In this document: piece after piece, positions 39,402 through 49,320 of the stretch
How positions within the stretch are numbered: the stretch's first letter is position 1
Layout: each line of letters opens with the position of its first letter
Assembly (NCBI GenBank): GCA_965113315.1
Contig: OZ220365.1
Origin: Podarcis vaucheri
Lineage: Eukaryota
DNA length: 64,000 bases
Direction: 5' to 3' (one strand)
Position numbers and translations under genes: made by a program
The notes under the pieces: model-generated
What the model was told of the DNA's origin: nothing
What the model saw: the letters and a program-made list of their open reading frames with translations, nothing else
Database searches by the model: none

Positions 39402-40569
39402 TATTAGCATTGGAGAGTTGGATCAATGTTATGGTAACTGTGAAAGGAGTTGGTGGCATAAGGTCAGCAAGGACAGGATTAGTGGTGCTTTGGTGTCTAC
39501 TGAAACAAAAAGGCTGCATTGCAAGGGGTGATTAGGAAACTTGTATTTGAGGACAACTATGCTCAGCCGGAGATTCTGAGATCATGGCAGTCATATTGTG
39601 GATTTATGAGCTTGCATGGACTCCAGCTGATTTTCAATCTTCTCCTATGGCTAATACTTTATTAGCAGTGTAAATTTGCATATTGAGTAGATTGAAAGGG
39701 GTGAAGAAGGAGAAAGGGCTGAAATCTGATACCAATCACATACCATATTTCTCTGACCTTCAGGCACTCTTTCCGAAGATGTCAACCTACCCTGTCAGCA
39801 TATACGTTCCCAGTGAATTATGTTTCAATCACATATCTGTCTCAACTTAATATTTAAAGGCAATCACTCTGTAAGTGAAGGTTATAAGAGCATACATGAA
39901 AGAGAATGCCGATGCAGAAATGAGAACTGCGAAGGAGTAAAAATAAATAAAAAAGAGTTCATGTTTGTTAAATAAATGGGCAACGATTGGAATGGGTTCC
40001 AGCAGTTGAAGTATGAATAGATTTTGAAAAATTAGGGAAACTTAAATAAATATAATTTTAAAAAAAATAGAGAAACTTGAACAAGCTTAATTTCTGAAAG
40101 CACTCAGACTTTAAAATTTCATTTGGGCCAGTCTATATTCTGCACCTATTTCAGTTTTATAACAGTTTAAACACATGGCTTCCCCTAAAAAACGAACATG
40201 CAAACAACCCCTGGGAACTTCTGTTTAGGCTGTGTGTTAAATCAGAGCAAGAATGCCTTCTCCAAAGTTTAGGAGGAGCTTACAATTTGGTGGCAATGGC
40301 CATAACTTTTCTTTCATTCACTGGTGGCTGCTATTCTTCTTGAATTCCCCTTGAAACAATGTGATTTAGAGCATTGTTCTGAGGTATTCTTAGGGGAAAT
40401 GGTGCCTTTTTTGAGGATTTTCTGCTCTTGCTTGTGCTGATGGCCCACCCAAAATGGTCACTGTTCTCAGTTGGTTTAACAACGTTTACAACTTGCACCA
40501 GGTCTAGACTTGCCACCCTCTGTCAAGGGCACAGTCATCTAGAGTATCTAGAAATTTACCTCTTTATCA

Positions 40570-41385
40570 TGTTCCAACCATGACTTGAACATGCCTGAAG
40601 GTAATTTCCGCCCTCCCTTCCCAACAGGTGGGCGGGGTTTGTGACACCGAGTGGGGCTTACCTGGTTGGGTGCCTCCCACCTGAGTTAGGGTGGCCATCT
40701 TCCCGCCCCTGGTCTGGGAGGACAATGGACTGGTGGCTGGGGGTGGGGCAAGTGCCAAGTGAAAAGAGGCTGACCCCTTCAGCCATACCTCACATTGTTT
40801 CCTCCTCTTCCACATCCCACCATCAGAGTGGATAAGGCCAGGCTATTCAGGACTGATGGGGTACATTTGACACAAACACCCCGGGTAATGACCTCTGGCG
40901 GCACAACTTGCTCCAAGGCCTAAAAGATTGGGTGGACAGCAGGGCCTGACACAGAGCATGGGTGCTTGTTCCTCAGCTGTGGGTTTCTTGGTGGGCCTTG
41001 GGTGGCGGTTTTTAGGCCTTGGCAAGCTATCTTTGAGTGGGGTGAAGCATTTCATACAGCCCCCCACGCGGCGACGTTTGCAGGGCCCGTTAAAGGGTTT
41101 ATTGTGGGAGTCCCTGGCCCTAGAGCGGCGGCATGTAGGTCAAACTCCCAGCCGAGGTAAAGTGGGAGGGCATGCTATGTAAGTTCATGCTTTACAGTCC
41201 CCTCCCACTGCACCTCATTGCCCTGCACATCCTCAGTTCCAGCCAGGCTGTGAGGGTTACATGGCTATGCCAAGTTTCCCACATCTGAAGTTCAATAAAG
41301 TTGTGGCCAATTTGAACCCGTACTTTAGTCTCTTGACTCATTCTTTGGAGGGGGGGTAGGCTCCACGGACAGGGTTCAGCGCATG
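40570..41385 (+). mobile_element. Probable solo LTR (different subfamily)
   Basis: Shares the AATAAAGTTGTGGCC 3' motif (about 41294) with the other LTRs; boundaries approximate. Confidence 0.55.
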
Positions 41386-41412
41386 TGCTTGCAATTGTGA
41401 AGTCACCTATTA

Positions 41413-41774
41413 AAGGTAAAGGTACCCCTGCCCGTACGGGCCAGTCTTGCCAGACTCTACGGTTGTGCGCCCATCTCACTTAAGAGTCCGGGGGCCAGCG
41501 CTGTCCGGAGACACTTCCAGGTCACGTGGCCAGTGTGACGAAGCTGCTCTGGCGAGCCAGCACCAGCGCAGCACATGGAAACGCCGTTTACCTTCCCGCT
41601 AGAAAGCGGTCCCTATTTATCTACTTGCACTTAGGGATGCTTTCGAACTGCTAGGTGGGCAGGAGCTGGGACCGAAAGACGGGAGCTCACCCCGCCACGG
41701 GGATTTGAACTGCCGACCATGCGATCGGCAAGCCCTAGGCGCTGAGGTTTTACCCACAGCGCCACCCGCGTCCC
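41413..41774 (-). mobile_element. Sauria SINE, full length, young
   Basis: 15-bp TSD TGAAGTCACCTATTA at 41398-41412 and 41775-41789; CpGs retained. Confidence 0.93.
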
Positions 41775-43966
41775 TGAAGTCACCTATTACTACAGCATTT
41801 TCTCTTTTGGATGCCTCCTTGATTTCACTCTGTACCTCAGGAACACACTGGCCAGGGGGGTGTAACATGCCCCCAGTACTAAGTTACGTTTCTGGGTAGC
41901 ATCCCCTACAGTTGTTCTGTGGACTAACACAATACTGTGGAGAACACTTAGTGAGACATTTCAAGGCTGGCCAACCAGGTGGTACGGTGGCAGAGTTAGG
42001 TATTAGGTAAACAGAGCAAACATCCCACCTTGATGCTAACCAAACCAGCCGAAATTCTGTAAATTCACTTATAAATGCCGCTCTGCTCTAACAAGTCTTG
42101 TCAATACTTAGAAACTTGCTTAACAAATGTAATTCCTGAAGAAGAAAATCTGAATGTGTGTGTGTGTGGCAAAAAAAAAAAAAAATTACGGGCAGGCAGC
42201 TCACTTTAAACTTACTAAATACAGCTTGCAGCTTATTCTAAATGATTTACAACTTTCCTCCCCAACCTTCTTACGACCCCCTTGCTGAAATTATTTCCAT
42301 GGTTTCTGAGACAAAGGACAAAGAGAGGAATATTTCAGAATTTTATAATATTTTGCATTAAAATATACAAAACTTTTGTATGTTCCCTGCCAACAATCTG
42401 GCTGCAGTTCTTTGAACCTGTGGCCCTCCAGATATTGTTGGATTACAACACCCACCAACCCCAGCTAGCATGATTAGTGATCAGGGATGATGGGTATTGC
42501 AGTGCAAAAACTTACGAAAAGCAACAGTTTCCCTATTCCATGTGCAGAAAAAGTAGTGAAGTCAGAGAGAAATGAAATACAGAAGTGCTAAGTATTGTAA
42601 TTATGTTAAAACTTAAAATTCATGTCAATTCGACAGATAGAACACTGACATGTTTTAATCTGCTTCTTAGCTTATCGTTGGTTTGATTTTTTAATAATTT
42701 TAGCTAATAATTTTATTTATTCTTTTTGTAAACCACTTTGAGGTTTTTTTATGATCAAGGAGTATATAAATCTTGCAAAATAAAATTAATTCCAATGACA
42801 GTTCCCAGAGCAGTGTTGATTTTACTATATCAGCTAATATAAAATATATATTTAAAGCATTTATGTTAAAATGTTTAGTATAGGGATAAAATTCACATAC
42901 TGTATATGCACAGGCATGTATACATAGATTAACATATATATTTTTAGAAAACTAATAATGAAGGAGTTCATAGTATACAATTAATAAGCCACAAAGTCCT
43001 AAAAGGTCTTTAATAACACCCTTTGTTATGAACGTTCACTCAGAATAAAATATTCTATTCCATTAAAAAAAAAATCTATTCCCGCCTGTGTTAAATTCTA
43101 AATGGAGCTAGAAATAAATAATGGATTTGGTCTGATGGCAGTGACTACAAAATGCAGTGCATTGCTAATGTTTTATTAATACTGATATTTGCAGGAGCTC
43201 TGCACTCATTCTTGAACTTACATAATAATTGTTTATACCACAATTCAGGGTTGTGTTTTAAAGTTATAGGTTTTTCAGCCTAGGGCAAGCTGTATAAAAT
43301 GTTTCAGTTGGGCAATAGAACAAATTTTGTTTGAGGAAACTCCTTTGGTACCTATGTTACTACCAGTACGACATAGCACTGATATATCACATTACAGTAG
43401 TTTGTTAGTCGCTGGGCAAAACACAAAAGTCATGCGATCTCTGATCCGGGGACCTATTTATTTTAAAATATGTGCATGCCTTTCAAAAACACACAAACAC
43501 ACACCCCTACCTGCAATAGAAAACATAAACAGTGGTAAGGTTGCAATCCTATAGCATCTGGGAGGATGCCCTGTGGACCACAAGATACATCAGTTCATCC
43601 TCCTTGCTGCCACAGAAACACCCATAGCACTGGCTCCGACCAACGTTGGAGCTAAAAAAAGGGGACTATTTGAAGATGGTTAAGGATGTGTCAAGGGAGA
43701 ACTGGGAAGGGGCTTGAATCCAAAGGTCCAGAGCATTTTCAGCGACCTGACATGCCTGCAAATTTCCCTTCTGTTATTTCCAACTTTACTTCCCTGGGGC
43801 TGGTCAATTAAGGTAAATAGGACACTGCCTCACTGTCCCCCTGCCGCCTGTCAAATTTGCCCTCTATATGAGGGAAGATAAAGGTTCCCTAGCCGTGATT
43901 TATATTAAATCCAAGTTGTTTTAGAATTTGTCAGAAGTTGATGTTGAAATACAGCATATCCTTATA

Positions 43967-44538
43967 TAGTGGTACCTTGGGTTAAGTACTTAATTCATTC
44001 TGGAGGTCCGTTCTTAATCTGAAACTGTTCTTAACCTGAAGCACCACTTTAGCTAATGGGGCCTCCCACTGCCACCACGCCACTGGAGCACAATTTCTGT
44101 TCTCATCCTGAAGCAAAGTTCTTAACCCCAGGTACAGTGGTGCCTCGCAAGACGGAAAACTCGCTAGACGAAAGAGTTTTCCGTTTTGGAGGTGCTTCAC
44201 AAAACAAATTTCCTATGGGCTTGCTTCGCAAGACGACAATGTCTTGCGAGTTCCTGCTGGTTTTATTCCTCCCCCCCCCTTTTTCTAAGCCGCTAAGCCG
44301 CTTATCAGCTGATCCGATCAGCAGATAAGCCACTAAAAGCCGCTAATAGCGCTAGTAGTGCTAATCCGCTAATCCATCAATGGGCTTGCTTCGCAAGACG
44401 AAAAAACCGCTAGACGAAGAGAATCACAGAACGGATTCTTTTCGTCTTGCGAGACACCACTGTACTATTTCTGGGTTAGCGGAGGCTGTAACCTGAAACA
44501 TAAGTAACCTGAAGCGTATGTAACCCGAGGTACCACTG
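43967..44538. mobile_element. Tigger-like MITE hosting a nested MITE
   Basis: TIRs (t)agtggtacc...ggtaccactg; interrupted at 44135-44462. Confidence 0.9.
44135..44462. mobile_element. Tc1/mariner MITE (CAGTGGTGCCTCGCAAGACG family), nested
   Basis: TA TSD on both sides; homologous to 29294-29636. Confidence 0.92.
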
Positions 44539-44845
44539 TACAAGCTTTCATTCTTTTTAACAATTAAGTTTTGCATTAATCCTTTTATAAAATCTTAGAT
44601 ATCTCCTATTTGAGAGGGCACCATAAATAACGTGCCCTCGTCTTGAAACTGATGCCTTCCCCCACCTTCAACAGTTCATCTAAATCAACTGGCTGAATAT
44701 TCTCTGGAAAATATCCATTTTAACTATTTTTCTCTCAGCCTCCCTCGGAGTAATCAGTGGATAAAGGAACATTTCTGTTAATTCAGGTGGTACAACAATA
44801 TTTTTGGAGATAGCCAAGCAAGATTATTTGAAAGACAACAAAAAC

Positions 44846-44918
44846 CTTCCCTCTTGCTATTTTCTGTTTCTTCTCTTGCTCTTGCTCTCTTTTTCTTCTT
44901 TGCAGGAAATGGTGTGAT
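44846..44918 (-). other. Candidate exon ITPFPAKKKKRARAREETENSKRE (may extend to 44666 with frameshifts)
   Basis: tgttttttaaag acceptor; in phase 0 with donor AAG|gtaact at 45268; NLS-like basic run. Confidence 0.35.
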
Positions 44919-45409
44919 CTTTAAAAAACAGCGAGGCAAAGTTAGAGAATTATTTATTCTGTGTGCAGCTGTATTATAGTCTCATTAAGATACACATTTT
45001 TATAGAACGTGCAGTGATGGAAAACAAAACAAAATAATAAAACACAACAGGGCATGTTATAGTGGCTCATTACGTCGACCGTGGGTAGGTGAAAACATGA
45101 AGTCTTGGTGCATTAGATGTGTTTAATCTTTCACCAATGGTTACCTGTTGTGTTTTGATGCAATTTCTTGATTCCCTGTATGGTTTTTTTTCCTAATTAA
45201 CTAGGTGCTATCAAATATATCTGTACCAGAGGAGAACTTCATAGTCTCATATTGTAGCTCCAGTTACCTTTTCAGCCCTCCTTCTAGACCAGTGTTTCCC
45301 AACCGGTGTTCCGCGGCACACTAGTGTGCCGCGAGATGTTGCCTGGTGTGCCGCGAGATGTTGCCTGGAGGGAGGCGGGCGAGTCCAAAAAAGGTTGGGA
45401 AACACTGCT

Positions 45410-46200
45410 CTAACACACGCCAGCCGGGGTCTGCCTCCGCGTTGCATCAGCTTCCTCGCTCTCGGCACTCTGCTTGCCAGCCTGGTGGCCTCTGCCCCGC
45501 CCCAAGACTGGAAGGGAGGGGCGGGGCTTCCACTGCGGCTGCGTCTCTGGCTCTTTCAACTCATTCCTCCTCTGAGTGGGCTTGAAAGAGCGGCCGATGG
45601 ATGAATCGGCCGGCGACCCTGAAGCCTTGTGCAAAGTAGAGGAGGCGGAGAAGCGACGGCAGGGAGCTTAGGCGCCGCATCCGGCTCATTGCGGGAAGTC
45701 AAGATGGCGGCGGGTAAGTGTGGGAAGCAGCTTTTCCCCTCCGCCGCCCCCCTCTCACCGGGAATAAAGGGGCCCCCGCTGGGGGGTGACGTTGTAGAAC
45801 GCAGAGTTCTTATTTTGGGAAGGTTTGAGGGGTCGGACTAAGCGGGTTGGGGGGCTGGTCTGGGCTTCCGCTCCCTCCCCTCCCCACGGAGTGTACCTGC
45901 GGTGCAAGGAGGCGCTCTGAGCCACTGCTCTGGGAAAGGAAGGAGGGCGAGGCGGCCTGGCCAAGTACAGGGGAGACCCGTAGTGGGGAGCAGGGGGAGG
46001 AGGAGGCACCGAGGAATGGAGGCGGGGGAGACTCCCTCGCTTTGCAGAAACTGCAAAAAACGAGGCAGGAATTGGGTTTGTTTTTGTAGCTCAGGACGTG
46101 CTTCGCTTCTGGTGTGCCTAAGGCGGCCGCCCCAATTATCCCCTAGCCCGTCTTTCCAGGTGCTGCCCCCCCTCCACAAAGGGCCATAGAACTGTAGAGT
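45410..46200 (+). promoter_or_regulatory. CpG-island housekeeping-type promoter
   Basis: High GC and CpG density; GC boxes near 45495-45503 and 45518-45526; GGAAGT (ETS) at 45694-45699; AAGATGGCGGC (YY1) at 45701-45711. Confidence 0.8.
45704..45713 (+). CDS. First coding exon (M-A-A-x) of an unidentified gene
   Basis: Strong Kozak context aagATGG followed by G|gtaagt donor at 45714. Confidence 0.65.
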
Positions 46201-46228
46201 TGGCAGGGGTCCCAAGGGTCATCTAGTC
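46186..46228 (-). mobile_element. Tiny CR1 3'-end fragment inside the composite element
   Basis: catagaactgtagagttgg...aagggtcatctagtc matches the CR1 tails at 4820-4860 and 9556-9595. Confidence 0.65.
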
Positions 46229-46887
46229 TTAAGTTTCTCTTTCAAAAAGGAAACGTGGGTTAAAGCGGCGACGCCGCCCCCAACTCACTTTCCTGCTCTG
46301 GCTTCCCTAACAGTTTTCCGAGTTGCGTCACTGGATCCAGCCCCCTTTTCCACAGGTGACACGGGGCTGGAGGGAGGGAAAGAGGGCTTTACGTCGCACA
46401 CAAAGGCAGCTTCCTAGAAGCGCTCTGGGCCGGCGCTGTTTCGCCGAAGGACCCCCACCCTCAGCTCCTTCAGAAAGGACTGGAGCGGAATAGCCCTTTC
46501 TCTTCTTCCCCAACCCTTGTTGTTGGAGGAGTCCCTCAGTCCCTCGCTTTGCTGCCTCCTCCCCCCCCCCAAAGCTTGGAGGTTCCCCGGCAAGGGGGAG
46601 GGGAAAAAATTGAAACTTACACTTTCGTGCGTCCCTCCCGGCGTGACGCTGCGCGCTGACGTCACGGGGCTGTAATGGTGGTGTGCCTCGAGATTTTTTT
46701 CATCAAACAAGTGTGCCTTTGCCCAAAAAAGGTTGGGAAACACTGTTCTAGACATTAGTTAATTAATCTGTTTGGTACACATCTTGCATGCCCTTCACCC
46801 TAGGGTCTCAAGTTGTGGTATAGTTGGTCAAAAAAAAAAAAAAGGTAAAATAACTGAAGTTCAATTGGAAAGTAAACAAAATAATTG

Positions 46888-47223
46888 GACGTGTGTGGCA
46901 CTGTGGGTTAAACCACAGAGCCTATGACTTGCCGATCAGAAGGTTGGCAGTTCGAATCCCCACGACGGGGTGAGCTCCCGTTGCTCGGTCCCTGCTCCTG
47001 CCAACCTAGCAGTTCAAAAGCACGTCAAAGTGCAAGTAGATAAATAGGTACCGCTCCGGCGGGAAGGTAAACGGCGTTTCTGTGCGCTGCTCTGGTTCGC
47101 CAGAAGCGGCTTAGTCATGCTGGCCACATGACCCACTGGCTCACTCGGCCAATAAAGCGAGATGAGCGCTGCAACCCCAGAGTCGGTCATGACTGGTCCT
47201 AATGGTCAGGGGTCCCTTTACCT
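46888..47223 (+). mobile_element. Sauria SINE
   Basis: Head, core and ACCTTT tail; TSD TAAACAAAATAA(T/C)TG. Confidence 0.92.
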
Positions 47224-47539
47224 TAAACAAAATAACTGAACAATAGCTGTTTCTGTAACAACACCTAAGTTCCATTTCTCTGCAGGAGGCAGGAACAACC
47301 AGATCTAACACAATCCATTCTACCCAATGCCCTGGGCAAAGAGGTATTTCTTGACCTGCCAATGGAAAATGTGCAGTAGTGCCAGACACCTCTGGAAGGA
47401 GGAAGTTCCACAGTTTTCTTCTGAATGTAATGTGGGCCAACCCAAAGGATTCTACCAAGTTTTCTCACAACCATTGAGCCAAATGCAATCACACCCTTGG
47501 GGGAGATTAATGTGAGTTGTCAACTGCCACGTGTTAGGG

Positions 47540-47675
47540 TAGGCATGGCCAAACTTGGCCCTCCAGTTGTTTTGGGACTACAACTCCCATCATCCCTAAC
47601 TAACAGGACCGGTGGTCAGGGATAATGGGAATTGTAGTCCCAAAACATATGGAGGGCCAAGTTTGGCCATGAATG
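47540..47675. mobile_element. Palindromic hAT MITE (same family as 19656-19792)
   Basis: TSD TGTTAGGG at 47532-47539 and 47676-47683. Confidence 0.9.
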
Positions 47676-48036
47676 TGTTAGGGCTAAGGCATCAGTATAT
47701 GACCTAAAATGAAAGGAGGACTGCCAAAGCATCTTTAGTTGGCAATGTTTTGGTCCCTGAATCTTCCTGAATCACTACTATGTTAGTGGTTGAACATTTT
47801 CTCAGCTCCCCAATCCAGCCATTTACCAGTCCTTAATAGAGGGGAGTTAGAAAAGAGCCTGCTCTCCTGAAGTGATGGTCCATAGAGAGAGAGAGAGATG
47901 TTTTCTAAGGCCAGAACAACATGTGCTTGTCATCAAAAATAGCCCTGTGATTTGTCCTCTTCCATCTTCAATATTCATTCATTCAAGGGCAGGTTACAAG
48001 AACAAGATATACCGTTATAATTAGTAATTTGTATTA

Positions 48037-48270
48037 CAGTGGTACCTCGGGTTTCATACACTTCAGGTTATATACGCTTCAGGTTACAGACTCCGCTAAC
48101 CCAGAAATAGTACCTCGGGTTAAGAACTTTGCTTCAGGATGAGAACAGAAGTTGCGCGGCGGCAGCAGTGGGAGGCCCCATTAGCTAAAGTGGTGCTTCA
48201 GGTTAAGAACAGTTTCAGGTTAAGAACGGACCTCCAGAACAAATTAAGTATGTAACCAGAGGTACCACTG
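48037..48270. mobile_element. Tigger-like MITE
   Basis: TA|CAGTGGTACCTC...GAGGTACCACTG|TA. Confidence 0.92.
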
Positions 48271-48939
48271 TATTTAGTAATACAAAATGTCCCAATCCAG
48301 CTCATCTTTTGCCAGCGGGACAGAATAGGGATCATGAGCACTCTTGCACTCCTTCATCTTTTCCCCAGTTTTAATTTTTAATTTTAAATATTTTGAACTA
48401 TTGGAAACAACAGAAGAGAAATAACTGGGATTAAGCTACACCAGCTCCGCATCTGGTGTAGTTCAAACCCACATGGAAGGTGAGGATCCATCCTTTGGAC
48501 TGAAGTCTTCCCTTTGGTCTGCTGTTGCATGTCAGCAACACTTCCCCACCCCCAACATGGTCCTACAGAGGTCTGCTTGCCGGTAAGACCAGGAATATAG
48601 AAGTTGCTGCTGCAGCAGCAGTGAGGGGTTATCCAACATTGACCTACCTAAGTTCAGAACCCTCAGAGAGGGAGATCCAATGTGTCTTATGGCCCCCAGA
48701 AAGTCCTGTCATTACCACTTTGAATCCAGAGGCACATTTCACTTACCTATTCTAAGCAGCAGCAGCAGCAGAAAAGGGAGAAGCAGTCTGGACCAAGGAA
48801 GAGAATGAGTAGTGCACTTTTAACATCTATTTATTGCTTTCTCTGCCTGTGGTTTTCAAGCAGGGCCACTAGACTAGTAAGTAGGGCAGCCCAAGGAGAC
48901 ACTGCCTCGCCATTTCTGAAAGCACAGTAGCAGCTGCCA

Positions 48940-49320
48940 GGGCCAAATTCAAGGTACTAGTGCTAATATATAAAGTCATAAACCATATTAGAGCATCTGC
49001 TTGGCAGATGAGGCACAGGGCCTTTGCCATAGTGGTTCCCCATGTGTGGAGTGCCGTCTCTAGTGAGATGTGTCTGTCTCCCTCATTATTGACTTCTGGG
49101 AGAAATTTAAAAGCATTCTAGCTTAATCCAGACATTTGATGGTTGAAAGACACTTTTCCTGGGATTACCAGTTGAGATAATCATTTTAACTGTTTTTTAG
49201 AATGCTTTATAAAATGTTTTAAAATAATGTTTTCTTCGTTTTATGAGTGCTGTGCCTGCCCCCCTGGGCTTCTTTGGGGATGTGGGAACTGGAAAGCTGG
49301 GATATAAAGTAAATGAAGGA
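48940..49320 (+). mobile_element. Degenerate L2 3' end
   Basis: aaattcaaggtactagtgctaatatataaag...ggcctttgccatagtggttccc motif. Confidence 0.55.

Larger units (their letters stand above)
45290..46745. mobile_element. Composite hAT element carrying a CpG-island promoter and first exon (Pack-TIR-like)
   Basis: TIR CAGTGTTTCCCAACC (45290-45304) / GGTTGGGAAACACTG (46731-46745); identical TSD TTCTAGAC at 45282-45289 and 46746-46753; extra internal right end at 45385-45407. Confidence 0.7.

Noticed and set aside
44850-44906. Very long plus-strand polypyrimidine acceptor
   Set aside because: No plus-strand exon follows; it is better explained as the complement of a Lys/Glu/Arg-rich minus-strand segment.
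45704-45713. Assigning a gene symbol to the MAA exon
   Set aside because: Ten coding nucleotides cannot identify a gene.
46888-46975. tRNA gene (A and B boxes)
   Set aside because: It is the tRNA-derived head of a Sauria SINE; the same applies to the other copies.
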